A stretch of DNA of 64,000 nucleotides from an uncultured Candidatus Binatia bacterium. GTDB lineage: Bacteria; Desulfobacterota; Binatia; Bin18. The stretch covers positions 827,698-891,697 of the forward strand of contig CBDEWE010000003.1 of NCBI GenBank assembly GCA_965243855.1, in the 5' to 3' direction. Under the pieces are notes generated by a model. That model was not told where the DNA came from, ran no database searches, and saw only the letters and a program-made list of their open reading frames with translations. Below are positions 8,674 to 18,454 of this stretch, one piece after another (position 1 is the stretch's first letter; every line of letters starts with the position of its first letter). Both the position numbers and the translations under genes were made by a program.

Positions 8674-9675
8674 ATGTCTTCACAACAACGCACAACGCCG
8701 CCCGCCCGCCTGGAGATTGTGAAAGGCCCATGGACGCCCGTGGCCAAACAGCAGGCGCTCGAGCGAGAAGTGCTGGGGCATTATATCGAATATTTTAACC
8801 GGGCCATGAAAACGCGCAATTGGTCACCGTGGCACGATTTCCCACTTCAAGAGATGCGTCAGTTCGGGGAGCGACTGAGCAAAGAAACGGTCAACCTGCT
8901 AGAGGGCTTCCTCGGCGTGGAAGAATACGTTGCCGACTATGTGATGGCAGGGCTCGAACTCTTTCGTCATAACCGCACCCGACGGAATATGCAGTTACAG
9001 TGGGGGGCAGAAGAATCGCGCCACGGCGTTGCCTGGGAAATCGTGTTGCAGCATTCCGGGGTCCGCACTGAGTCAGAAATCCAAGCCTATCTCACTAAGG
9101 TGCAAGCAGCACGGTGGAAACTAGAACAGCACTCCGGCCTCGATACGCCGCTCGGAAGCACGGTCTACGCCATGGTTCAGGAGCGCGCGGCCTATTTCAA
9201 CTATCAAGAAATGCGAGCGCGCGTTCGTGAAGAATACAGCCTGCCGGTCGCGCCTACGCAGCAAGAGAAGAAACGCGGCTCTGAGATCGGAGCTTCGGAA
9301 GCCGTGCGCGTGGTTGGTCAAGATGAGATCTCCCATCATGGTTTCTTTCTGAAGATTGTCCAGAGCCATATCAAATACTTCCCGTCGCTCACGTTCGAGA
9401 CTATGAACACCGTCTTTCGCGGGTTTGAGATGCCGGCCCTGCGCTTTATTCCGAATGCCCGCAGTTATCTACGCGCTGTCTTGCGGACCAAGCTGTACAG
9501 TGGTGAGATCCACCGTCAACAGGTCCACAACCCCATCTTGAAAGCCCTAGGATTGGAGGGCAACGACGCCTTTGAGAAGGCGGTTCAATCCGCCCGCTGC
9601 CTCCCTGATGATCTCGGTCCGGACGGTATTACACTCAGCCGGACAGGCGAGTGGATTGTCGCCTACCGCGCATAA
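8674..9675 (+). CDS. Acyl-ACP desaturase-like diiron (ferritin-like) protein
   Basis: VEEYVADY, WGAEESRHG, VQERAAYFNY and QDEISHH diiron motifs; FEMP. Confidence 0.8.
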   Translation: MSSQQRTTPPARLEIVKGPWTPVAKQQALEREVLGHYIEYFNRAMKTRNWSPWHDFPLQEMRQFGERLSKETVNLLEGFLGVEEYVADYVMAGLELFRHNRTRRNMQLQWGAEESRHGVAWEIVLQHSGVRTESEIQAYLTKVQAARWKLEQHSGLDTPLGSTVYAMVQERAAYFNYQEMRARVREEYSLPVAPTQQEKKRGSEIGASEAVRVVGQDEISHHGFFLKIVQSHIKYFPSLTFETMNTVFRGFEMPALRFIPNARSYLRAVLRTKLYSGEIHRQQVHNPILKALGLEGNDAFEKAVQSARCLPDDLGPDGITLSRTGEWIVAYRA

Positions 9676-9699
9676 TGAGGCGCCTGAAGCCGGCGCGTC

Positions 9700-10596
9700 T
9701 TAGCGCCGGGCCGCCACCCCAACGCCAATCAACACAATGAGCCCGCCAACCAGATGGGGCAGCGTTAATGCCTCGTCGAGAAAGACATACGCGATCCCAA
9801 TGGCCATGACCGGCACGAGGTTGATAAACACACCCGCGCGGCTCGGCCCCAGGATCTCAACCGCCTGGTAATACCAAAAGTGGGCGAAAGTCCCGAGTGT
9901 GCTTTGATACGCCACCGCCAGCCAGGAATCCCAGCGCGTTTCGGCCACCTGCCAGCTCTCCCATTCGGTCAGCCAGCAGGCAATGAGTAAATACGTTGCG
10001 CCGGCAATATACGCATAGGTCGTTGCCGCCAGCGGAGAGACCACCTGCATGAGGTGGCGACCATAGGTCGTATAGATGCCCCAGGCAAACAGCGTGGCCA
10101 CAATAATCAGATCGCCCGGGTTGTATGCGCTGGCGGTAACGACCTGCCACGAGCCCCGCGAAACAATCACCCCAACGCCAACAATGGAGATAACAATGCC
10201 CAGGAGCATCTTGGCCGACATTTTCTCTCTCAGAAATATGGCTGCCAGGAGCGCAATGGCAATCGGCGACGCTGCATTGAGCAGGGCCGCATTCGTGGCC
10301 GTGGTGAAACGTAGTCCCTGATAACTGCCGCCCACAGACAGCAGATAGCCGGTGAAGCCGAGAAAAAGAAAACTGCCGACTAGACGGGGTGTCCAGCTAA
10401 CCGGCATCTCTTCCGCATCGTTTTTGCGCTGGAGATAGAGAAAGAGGAGCACCGCGCCAATGGTTAGACGAATGGCCGCAAACGTAAAGGGCGGGATGCT
10501 GCGCAGAGCGACTTTCCCGGTGGGAAACAGGCCGGCCCATACCAGGGCCGTCAGGATCATCAGCAGCAGGGCGCGGCGTTGGGGGGATAGGGCCAT
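9700..10596 (-). CDS. DMT/EamA family transporter
   Basis: About ten hydrophobic segments; GPSRAGVFINLVPV, FLREK. Confidence 0.9.
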   Translation of the reverse strand: MALSPQRRALLLMILTALVWAGLFPTGKVALRSIPPFTFAAIRLTIGAVLLFLYLQRKNDAEEMPVSWTPRLVGSFLFLGFTGYLLSVGGSYQGLRFTTATNAALLNAASPIAIALLAAIFLREKMSAKMLLGIVISIVGVGVIVSRGSWQVVTASAYNPGDLIIVATLFAWGIYTTYGRHLMQVVSPLAATTYAYIAGATYLLIACWLTEWESWQVAETRWDSWLAVAYQSTLGTFAHFWYYQAVEILGPSRAGVFINLVPVMAIGIAYVFLDEALTLPHLVGGLIVLIGVGVAARR

Positions 10597-10644
10597 GTGA
10601 ACGCGAGGTAAATCGTAGGCAGTGTCAAATCGAGTGGAATAACG

Positions 10645-11667
10645 CTAGCGCAGGGCTGGCATGATTTCTTTGGCAAACACCCGCACGGCCTCTCGATCGT
10701 ACAGGCCCGGACGACGCAAATTAATAATGAAGTGGGTGACACCAATATCGATATACGTCTGGAGTTGGGCGCGGATCTCAGCCGGTGTGCCGGCGATAAT
10801 AGTCTGGCGTGCCTCTTCTTCAGTCAGACCTCGTATGGTCATGGCGCGTTGCAGCACCTGTTGCAACGCTTCGGGGCTCGGGTTGAGATACATCGGGGTC
10901 AGATAGGAACGTTCAATTTCGCTACAGTCTCGGTTGATATCCTGACAGTATTGCTCAAGCACCTGATTCTTCTTGGCAAACTGGCCGGGCGAAAGAATCG
11001 GCGCGTTCCACATCTGGGCATAGCGGGCGACAATCGGCAGGGTCAGCTTTTCACCGACCCCGCCAATCATAATCGGCGGCATTGGTTGTTGCACCGGCTT
11101 CGGGACAAACGGCGCGTCCACCAGCGAGTAATATTTGCCCGCATGTGACGCGGTCGGGTTGGCTTGCCAGAGCTTGGTGATCACTTGCAGCGCTTCGTCC
11201 AGACGGCGGGCGCGGCCTTTCATCGTGGAGAACTCGACCCCATAGGCTTCGTGCTCACGTTTGAACCAGCCCGAGCCAATACCAAAAATAAGTCGACCGT
11301 TGCTCAGATGATCCACCGTAGTCGCCATTTTTGCCAGGATGGACGGATGGCGAAAGGTATTGCTGGTTACCATACAGCCAATCTGAATTTTTGAGGTGGA
11401 GGCCGCCATCGCCCCGAGCAAGGTCCAAGACTCAAGCATGGCCCCGTCTGACGGACCCACACTGGGCAGCAGGTGATCGTTCACCCATAAAGTATCGAAT
11501 CCCAATGCCTCGGCCTCTTGCCACACGTCCTTGAGTTCCTCGACCGTGGTTTGCTGCTGCGCGACTTGCAGGCCAAAGCGGATGGACGGCTTCTTGTCTT
11601 CGGCTTGCGCCGGAACGCTCAAGAGCACCAGACAGGCAGTCACGAGCCAATACACAGACGTACGCAT
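10645..11667 (-). CDS. LLM class (probably F420-dependent) oxidoreductase with an N-terminal Sec signal peptide
   Basis: GFDTLWVNDH, LAKMATTVDHLSNGR, GSGW..EHEAYG, PPIMIGG; N-terminus MRTSVYWLVTACLVLLSVPAQA. Confidence 0.85.
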   Translation of the reverse strand: MRTSVYWLVTACLVLLSVPAQAEDKKPSIRFGLQVAQQQTTVEELKDVWQEAEALGFDTLWVNDHLLPSVGPSDGAMLESWTLLGAMAASTSKIQIGCMVTSNTFRHPSILAKMATTVDHLSNGRLIFGIGSGWFKREHEAYGVEFSTMKGRARRLDEALQVITKLWQANPTASHAGKYYSLVDAPFVPKPVQQPMPPIMIGGVGEKLTLPIVARYAQMWNAPILSPGQFAKKNQVLEQYCQDINRDCSEIERSYLTPMYLNPSPEALQQVLQRAMTIRGLTEEEARQTIIAGTPAEIRAQLQTYIDIGVTHFIINLRRPGLYDREAVRVFAKEIMPALR

Positions 11668-11764
11668 AAGATATCCTCCTCCCTGGCACGCCTACCAGCT
11701 ATACCGAGACGGCTCAAGTTCCTGGACGTGAGATAGAAGAGGGGAAGAGATACAGAGGAAGGGC

Positions 11765-12775
11765 TTACACTCCATCGTGCACGTCTGCACCCGGCGTGTC
11801 TTCCTGCTCCACCTCAAACCCGGCGGCTTCAACGAGTTGATGGGCGTCCTGAGCCTGCTGACCTGGGGTGGTGAGATAGCCTTCGACAAAAATCGAGTTC
11901 GCCGGATAGAAGGCCAGCCCCGACCATTGGCCGAGATAGAGTTCGCGTCCCGCAGCCATACGAATTTCGCTGCGCGGATTCAGGAAGCGCATCAGACAGA
12001 GTGCCTTAAGCCCCCGGACGGGATCGAAGTCTTTACGCGAACCGAGCGGCGTGCCGTCGATGGGATACAGAAAATTGACTGGTACGGAGTCAATGTTCAG
12101 CGCCCGGACGGCATAGGCTAATTCGACCACGTCCTCGTCTTCCTCCCCCATACCGATAATGCCGCCGCTACACGTGGATAGCCCGGCCCGCTTGACGTTT
12201 TTGACGGTCTCAACCCGGTCCTCATAGGTATGCGTTGAGCAAATCTCCGCGTAAAATTCACGGCTGGTATTGAGGTTGTGGTTGACCCAGCCGACGCCGG
12301 CGTCTTTGAGCGTACGGGCCTGGGGTTCGCTCATGAGTCCCAGAGAGACACAAATCTCCAGGCCGGGGAACTCAGCTTTGATCCGGCGTGTCGCTGCGGT
12401 CAGATGGTCAATATCGCGCGCGTTCGGGCCACGTCCGCTAGCGACCATGCAATAGCGCCGCGCACCGGCTTGGGCGGCCTTGCGCGCGCCGGCAAGCAGT
12501 TCGTCCGTTGAGAGCAGGCGGTATTTGTCAATCGGAGCCTCGGAGATGGAGGACTGTGAACAGTAATTGCAATCTTCCGGGCATAAGCCGCTGCGCGCGT
12601 TTTGTAAAACGCAGATCTTGACTTTTCGCCCAAAGAACTTTTCCCGCACCGTGAAGGCCGCCTGCAGCAGGTCGGATAGCTCCTCATCGGCGGTCTGTAG
12701 AACAGCGAAGGCGTCTTCACGCGACAGTAACTCGCCGGCTAATGATTGGGTCGCGAAGTGCGAGAAGCTATTCAT
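11765..12775 (-). CDS. bioB: Biotin synthase
   Basis: CPEDCNYCSQS radical SAM motif, NHNLNTS, CSGGIIGMGE, ANSIFVEGYLTT. Confidence 0.95.
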   Translation of the reverse strand: MNSFSHFATQSLAGELLSREDAFAVLQTADEELSDLLQAAFTVREKFFGRKVKICVLQNARSGLCPEDCNYCSQSSISEAPIDKYRLLSTDELLAGARKAAQAGARRYCMVASGRGPNARDIDHLTAATRRIKAEFPGLEICVSLGLMSEPQARTLKDAGVGWVNHNLNTSREFYAEICSTHTYEDRVETVKNVKRAGLSTCSGGIIGMGEEDEDVVELAYAVRALNIDSVPVNFLYPIDGTPLGSRKDFDPVRGLKALCLMRFLNPRSEIRMAAGRELYLGQWSGLAFYPANSIFVEGYLTTPGQQAQDAHQLVEAAGFEVEQEDTPGADVHDGV

Positions 12776-12819
12776 ACGGTTTTCCCTTTCCGTCAAAACG
12801 TGCTGCGCAGGACTCTGCT

Positions 12820-13527
12820 CTATCCGAGCAGTCCGGGAAGATCAACTGCTGTGACGAACAGTTCGCTCAGCATCTTGCGGTCCCGGTCGATATCTTCGCT
12901 CAACGCAAGATGAGGAATAATGCCTCGGCACGGCGCGTCGGTCAGGCCGGCCAAGGTCGCCGCGTTGGTTTTGATGGCATCATCTGCGGTCCGGGTCGGA
13001 TGGTTGAGGATATAGCCGGCTAGGGGTAAACCACGGGTCTCCATACAGTGCAGCGTCAGCAAGGTATGATTCAACGCTCCCAGCTTTGAGCCGACTACGA
13101 CGAGAATCGGAATCCCAAGATCGCGAGCCAAGTCGGCAAATGAATAGCGGCCCACGAGCGGCACCAGCAGACCGCCGGCGCCCTCTACCAGCGTCACCTC
13201 GTGCTGGCCGACAATCGACTGAAAAACCTCGACAATCCGATCCGGCCGGATGGTCACACCGGCCTGCTCGGCCGCCACACTCGGGGCGACCGGTGGAGAA
13301 AAACGGTAGGGACACACAGTCTCAAGCGGTAACTTGCTCTGGGCATAGCCAGCCAGACGCATGGCGTCGTCCGGGTACAAAACCCCGTCTCGTCTATCGC
13401 AGCCGGTTTCTGCCGGCTTGAGTACGCCCACCCGTTTGCCTTGGGCGGTCAGGGCCGCGGCAATGCCACAGCCCACCAGAGTTTTGCCAATGCCGGTATC
13501 CGTGCCGGTGATAAACAGGCTGGTCAT
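12820..13527 (-). CDS. bioD: Dethiobiotin synthase
   Basis: FITGTDTGIGKT, KPAETG, VEGAGGLLVP, LGALNHTLLT. Confidence 0.95.
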   Translation of the reverse strand: MTSLFITGTDTGIGKTLVGCGIAAALTAQGKRVGVLKPAETGCDRRDGVLYPDDAMRLAGYAQSKLPLETVCPYRFSPPVAPSVAAEQAGVTIRPDRIVEVFQSIVGQHEVTLVEGAGGLLVPLVGRYSFADLARDLGIPILVVVGSKLGALNHTLLTLHCMETRGLPLAGYILNHPTRTADDAIKTNAATLAGLTDAPCRGIIPHLALSEDIDRDRKMLSELFVTAVDLPGLLG

Positions 13528-14879
13528 GTGACGGTCTGAATGGAGGTGTGGACAACATCGAGCAGGTGTGACAACTCAGCCTCGGTAATACTAAGCGGCG
13601 GCATGAGAATGATGATGCTGCCCAACGGCCGAATCATTACTCCGTGCCTGCGTGCCTCCTGGATGACCCGAATGCCGATCTTCTCAGCAGGATTATAGGC
13701 AACCTTTTTGGCCGGGTCGCGCATCAATTCGATCCCGACCATCATGCCCCACTGTCGAATGTCGGCCACATGGGGGAGGGGAGCGATATCGGTCTGGAGA
13801 CGTTGGGTCAGCAGGGCGATCTTGGGTTGCAAACGCTCAAGGACCCGCTCTTTGGTAAAAACCTCCAGGCTGGCCAAGGCCGCGGCGCAGGCCACGGGAT
13901 TGCCGGTATACGTATGGCCATGAAAGAAGGTTTTGAACTCTTCGTAGGGCGCGAGAAAGGCGGAAAAAATTTCCTCGGTTGCCAGGGTGGCCGCGAGCGG
14001 CAGATAGCCGCCGGTAATGCCCTTGGCCACGCAGAACAAGTCCGGACTGACGTCGGCATGCTCGCAGGCAAACATTTTTCCGGTACGGCCAAACCCGGTG
14101 GCCACCTCGTCACAGATGAAGAGGATGCCATGCTGCCGGGTGAGCTGTCGCAGGGTACGCACATATTCGACCGGATGCGCCCACATCCCGGCCGCACCCT
14201 GCATAAGGGGTTCTATAATCACAGCTGCCATCTCTGAGTGCTGCCGGGCGAGTGTGTGTTCGGCCTCTTCTTGAGCCGCGGCCAGCGCCCGCTCGGTCGA
14301 CATGCCGCGGACAAAGCGAAACACATGCGGTGGGGTCAGCCGGACCGTATCTGCCAAAAGGGGCCGATAAAAATGGTGAAAAAGTTCGGAGTAGCCCACG
14401 CTGACCGCGCCCAGGGTATCGCCGTGGTAGGCTTCGACTAAGGAGGCGAATTTTGTGCGCCGGGTTTCTCCACGCAACTGCCAGTACTGAAACGCCAGTT
14501 TAAGTGCGATTTCCGTGGCAGTGGCTCCCGCGTCCGAATAGAACACGCGGGTCAGCCCGGACGGCGCCAGCTCAACCAGTTTTTTGGCCAGCAGTATGGA
14601 CGGGATATTGGCCAGCCCGAGCATGGTCGAATGCGAGATCCGGTTGACCTGCTCGGTAATGGCGGTGTTGAGGCGGGGATGGGTATGGCCGTGAATGTTG
14701 CACCATAACGAAGAGACTCCGTCCAGATAGCGTTTGCCGCTAACATCAATCACATAATTGCCTTCGCCCCTGGCAATAATAATCGGGTCTTCCTGCAACC
14801 AGTCCTGCATCTGGGTAAACGGGTGCCACACATAGCTATGATCCCAGGCTTTGAGGTCGGCATACGACGGGCTGCTCAT
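13524..14879 (-). CDS. bioA: DAPA aminotransferase
   Basis: VWHPFTQM, DGVSSLWCNIHGH, YHGDT, DEVATGFGRTG, AKGITGGYLPL; ATGA overlap with bioF. Confidence 0.95.
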   Translation of the reverse strand: MSSPSYADLKAWDHSYVWHPFTQMQDWLQEDPIIIARGEGNYVIDVSGKRYLDGVSSLWCNIHGHTHPRLNTAITEQVNRISHSTMLGLANIPSILLAKKLVELAPSGLTRVFYSDAGATATEIALKLAFQYWQLRGETRRTKFASLVEAYHGDTLGAVSVGYSELFHHFYRPLLADTVRLTPPHVFRFVRGMSTERALAAAQEEAEHTLARQHSEMAAVIIEPLMQGAAGMWAHPVEYVRTLRQLTRQHGILFICDEVATGFGRTGKMFACEHADVSPDLFCVAKGITGGYLPLAATLATEEIFSAFLAPYEEFKTFFHGHTYTGNPVACAAALASLEVFTKERVLERLQPKIALLTQRLQTDIAPLPHVADIRQWGMMVGIELMRDPAKKVAYNPAEKIGIRVIQEARRHGVMIRPLGSIIILMPPLSITEAELSHLLDVVHTSIQTVT

Positions 14880-16048
14880 CGAATCCCGACCTCCTTGCCA
14901 GCTGCGGCAAACGTGTCCAGCGTGCGTGACAGATGGTCCTGGGTGTGGGTTGCCATCGGAGTCACGCGAATACGGGAGGTACCTTCCGGAACGGTTGGCG
15001 GGCGGATGCCATGGGCAAAGACGCCACGCTGGAGGATGGCGGCGGCTACGACCATGGTCTCGCGTGCCTCGCCGATGATGACCGGCAGAATCTGCGAGTG
15101 GGTCGCGCCCAGCGTATAGCCGAGCGAACGGAGCCCGTCTGCCAGCACCCGGGTATTCTCCCACAACTGCTGTCGTCGCTCGGGTTCCTGCTCCACGATA
15201 TCGAGGGCGGCGAGGACCGCCGCCGCAACCGCGGGCGGAATCGCCGTGGTATAGATGAAACTCCGCGCCCGATTCACCAGCCAGTCAATCAACTCGTGAC
15301 TGCCGGCCACAAAGGCCCCTACGCAGCCCAGTGCCTTGCCCAAGGTGCCCATCTGGATATCGACCCGCCCGGTCAGGCCGAACTCCTCGACCAAGCCGCT
15401 GCCGTGCGGTCCGAACACGCCGGTTGCGTGGGCCTCATCAACCATCACCCAGGCGTCATACTGTTGGGCTAGGCTGACAATCTCTGCCAGTGGAGCCAGG
15501 TCTCCGTCCATGCTGAACACGCTGTCTGTCACAATCAGGCGCTGGCCGGTCGCTGGGCACGCTTTCAGCAGTTCATCCAGATGCTCGGTGTCGGCGTGAC
15601 GATAGACCCGAGTATCAGCCCGCGACAGGCGACACCCGTCGATGATGCTGGCGTGGTTCAGGCTGTCGCTTAAAATCGTATCGCCCGGTCCCATCAGGGC
15701 GGACAGTACCCCGATATTGGCGTGATAACCTGTCGGAAAAACAAGGGAGGCTTCTGTCTTTTTGAGTGTGGCGAGGCGCTGTTCCAACTCATGATGGACG
15801 GCCATGGAACCGGAAATCAGACGCGAAGCGCCACTGCCGCAGCCGTACTGCGCAATCGCCTCTTGGGCCGCCTGCTTGAGGGCCGGGTGATTGGCCAAAC
15901 CCAAGTAATTATTAGAGGAAAACAGCAACACCTCTTGGCCTTCCAGGACAATGGATGCGTCCTGCGCGCCCTCGACTGCGCGCAAGCGACGATACAAGCC
16001 GTTCTCTTTCACCTCGGCGAGACGAGCCGTGAGTATCTCTTTGCGCAT
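14876..16048 (-). CDS. bioF: 8-amino-7-oxononanoate synthase
   Basis: FSSNNYLGL, GSGASRLISG, NHASIIDG, SVFSMDGD, DEAHATG, GTLGKALG, IRPPTVP. Confidence 0.95.
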   Translation of the reverse strand: MRKEILTARLAEVKENGLYRRLRAVEGAQDASIVLEGQEVLLFSSNNYLGLANHPALKQAAQEAIAQYGCGSGASRLISGSMAVHHELEQRLATLKKTEASLVFPTGYHANIGVLSALMGPGDTILSDSLNHASIIDGCRLSRADTRVYRHADTEHLDELLKACPATGQRLIVTDSVFSMDGDLAPLAEIVSLAQQYDAWVMVDEAHATGVFGPHGSGLVEEFGLTGRVDIQMGTLGKALGCVGAFVAGSHELIDWLVNRARSFIYTTAIPPAVAAAVLAALDIVEQEPERRQQLWENTRVLADGLRSLGYTLGATHSQILPVIIGEARETMVVAAAILQRGVFAHGIRPPTVPEGTSRIRVTPMATHTQDHLSRTLDTFAAAGKEVGIR

Positions 16049-16066
16049 GCGCGCTCATACTGCCGG

Positions 16067-16127
16067 TAAAGAGTAAACGTGTCCAGCATCTCATATCTAT
16101 TGGAGTGGAGGACACGTTTACTCTTTA
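16067..16127. promoter_or_regulatory. Perfect 18-bp inverted repeat upstream of bioF
   Basis: taaagagtaaacgtgtcc-N25-ggacacgtttactcttta. Confidence 0.6.
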
Positions 16128-16169
16128 AATCACCGCAGGTGGCTACCCTTTTGAGAACTCGACCAAAAG

Positions 16170-16628
16170 GTGGTACGAAGAACCATGCTTTCTCCTGTCG
16201 AAAAACTGAATACCGCCCTGCGTCAAAACCGGCCCGAAGACTATGCCACACAAGCGCACCGGGAGATTGGTCTGCGGCCGGTACGGTTCGGTCCTGGTAC
16301 GTCCGAATGGGAATGGGACGCCAGCCACCCCCGCGTGTTGAATCCGTTCGGCTATGTGGCCGGTGGCTATCTGAGCGTTTTTGCTGACGAGTTGCTGAGC
16401 AGCGCCATCGGATCGGTCATGGACGAGGGTGAATTTGCCACGACCGCCGAGCTGAAAATCAGTTTTCTCAAGCCGGTCAAAAAGGGCCTAGTCACAGGGG
16501 TGGGCAAAGTCCTGCGGAAAGGCCAGCGGGTGGCGTTTGTTGAAGCGACCATCCACAATGCACAAGACGAAGTCGTCGCCACGGTGAGCAGTACGTGGAC
16601 CGTGGTGGCAACAAAAGGGGCAAAATAA
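16170..16628 (+). CDS. PaaI family hotdog thioesterase
   Basis: NPFGYVAGGYLSVFADE, TTAELKISFLKPV; start may be ATG 16185. Confidence 0.85.
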   Translation: MVRRTMLSPVEKLNTALRQNRPEDYATQAHREIGLRPVRFGPGTSEWEWDASHPRVLNPFGYVAGGYLSVFADELLSSAIGSVMDEGEFATTAELKISFLKPVKKGLVTGVGKVLRKGQRVAFVEATIHNAQDEVVATVSSTWTVVATKGAK

Positions 16629-16652
16629 CGAACCGAAGAAAAGAGCGTCAAA

Positions 16653-16696
16653 ATCCCCTCTTGGGAGGGGGGCCGCGTAGCGGCGAGGTGGGTTCC
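16653..16696. repeat. REP-like palindromic element
   Basis: atcccctcttgggagggg-ggccgcgtagcggcg-aggtgggttcc; related units at 40167-40256. Confidence 0.65.
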
Positions 16697-16791
16697 TCGT
16701 GTATTCTCACTGAGCGGTGTGATACGGAGATAAAAACCCCCAGCCCAGACTCGTAAGCCAAACTGATCTGGGAAATAAAGGAGATCATCGT

Positions 16792-17238
16792 ATGGGTATT
16801 GTCGAACGGTTCCTTGAATATGCACAAGCTTTTGAAGATGCGTATGACAGCGATGACTGGTCGCTGCTTGAGCCTTATTTTACCGAAGATTCGGTATACG
16901 ATTTCATTGCCGGACCGCCCCTTGGCGCACGGCATGAAAGCCGGGCCACGATCCTGAGCGATTTTCAGGTCGCGGTGAATGGCTTCGACCGTCGCTTTAC
17001 CTCACGTCGCGTTGAATTCGCTGAGGGACCAATGGAAAAGAATGGCGAGGTCTGGATGCGCTGGGTCGCGACTTACACCCTGGACGGTGCGCCCGACTGC
17101 CGCATGGAAGGCGAGGAGCGGGCTGTCTTTGAGGGAGACCGTATCAGTCTGCTGGAAGATAAAGTCTCTGACGAGGAATGCCAACGTCTGGTCGCGTATC
17201 TGGAAGTGCACGGCGGTAAGATGAAACCGGCGGCCTGA
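16792..17238 (+). CDS. SnoaL-like/NTF2 family protein
   Basis: AAGGAG RBS; DDWSLLEPYFTEDSVY..FEGDRISLLED. Confidence 0.7.
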   Translation: MGIVERFLEYAQAFEDAYDSDDWSLLEPYFTEDSVYDFIAGPPLGARHESRATILSDFQVAVNGFDRRFTSRRVEFAEGPMEKNGEVWMRWVATYTLDGAPDCRMEGEERAVFEGDRISLLEDKVSDEECQRLVAYLEVHGGKMKPAA

Positions 17239-17328
17239 GCGACGCCCGAGAAAGTAGAGCGAGAAGACTATAGAGATGAGTTCGCAGGAACTGCGAGTAT
17301 AGGAAGATACACAACAGGAGGATGTGTT

Positions 17329-18417
17329 ATGCAAATCGGGACAATTGCGCTATTTCAACGCTATGGCTATGACGACAGTGTGACGGACAGCCAAGTCTAC
17401 CGGGAAGAGTTGGCTCTGGCCTCGCAGTTAGAGGAACTCGGCTATGACGCGCACTGGTCCGTGGAGCATCACTTTGAGGACTACTCCTTTTGTCCCGATA
17501 ACGCCATTTATCTGGGCCATCTAGCGGCCATTACCACAAGGCTCAAGCTGGCCACCGGCGCGGTGATCGTGCCGTGGAACACGCCACTGCGTTCAGCCGA
17601 GAAGGTTGCACTGTTGGACGAGCTGTCGAACGGTCGGGTGATCTTTGGTATGGGTCGCGGCTTGTCACGCCGGGAGTATGACCAGTTCGGCATTGATATG
17701 GACACCTCGCGGGAGCGTTTTGACGAAGCTGTGCCCATGATTCTCAACGCCCTGGAGACCGGCATTATTGAGGGCAACGGGAAATATTATCAGCAACCAC
17801 GGGCGCCGATTCGTCCCAAGCCCACGCGGACATTCAAGGGACGCACGACCCAGGTGGCGATGTCGCCCGATTCGGCCCTCGAAGCGGCCAAGCACTGCGC
17901 CCAGATGATGGTCTTCACCCAAAAGTCGATTGAGGAGCACAATGCGGATTTTGAACCCTATCGAACTCTGTTTCGCGAACTCCACGGCGTTGATGCTCCT
18001 CCACCCATGATGGCCGGCATGTCTGTCTGCCACGAAGACGCTGGCCGGGCCGAGGAGCTGGCCCACAAATATATCGCGGGTTATCTGCTGTCGGCCATGC
18101 ACCATTACGAACTCATGGGCGATCACTTCAAGAATGCCAAGGGCTACGAAGCTTATGGCGATGCCGTAGACACGCTTCGTGAGTTGGGCCTTGAAGGTAT
18201 GGCCGAGATGTATGTCAACGCGCAGGCATGGGGCACTCCGCAGCAGATTCTGGACAAGCTGTCCCACTGGCGAGAGGTGGTCGGACGGTTTGATCTGATC
18301 TTCGGCTTTCGCGGGGCCGGGATGCCGTTCGAAGATGCCGAGCGCTCCCAGCGTTTAATCGCGCAAAAAGTCATTCCCGAACTCCGGCAGTGGGACGTTG
18401 AAGCAAAAGCGGCCTAG
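17329..18417 (+). CDS. LLM class flavin-dependent oxidoreductase
   Basis: GYDAHWSVEHHF, LLDELSNGR, GMGRG, IRPKP. Confidence 0.9.
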   Translation: MQIGTIALFQRYGYDDSVTDSQVYREELALASQLEELGYDAHWSVEHHFEDYSFCPDNAIYLGHLAAITTRLKLATGAVIVPWNTPLRSAEKVALLDELSNGRVIFGMGRGLSRREYDQFGIDMDTSRERFDEAVPMILNALETGIIEGNGKYYQQPRAPIRPKPTRTFKGRTTQVAMSPDSALEAAKHCAQMMVFTQKSIEEHNADFEPYRTLFRELHGVDAPPPMMAGMSVCHEDAGRAEELAHKYIAGYLLSAMHHYELMGDHFKNAKGYEAYGDAVDTLRELGLEGMAEMYVNAQAWGTPQQILDKLSHWREVVGRFDLIFGFRGAGMPFEDAERSQRLIAQKVIPELRQWDVEAKAA

Positions 18418-18454
18418 GCCATTTGTTTCGTCCGCGTTCCTCCCCACCGCTTCC

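Noticed and set aside
14880-15164. N-terminal extension of bioA in the ORF track
   Set aside because: It overlaps bioF; the ATGA-coupled start at 14879 gives a normal BioA.
16067-16127. Canonical BirA operator
   Set aside because: Half-site spacing is far too long; kept only as a non-canonical element.
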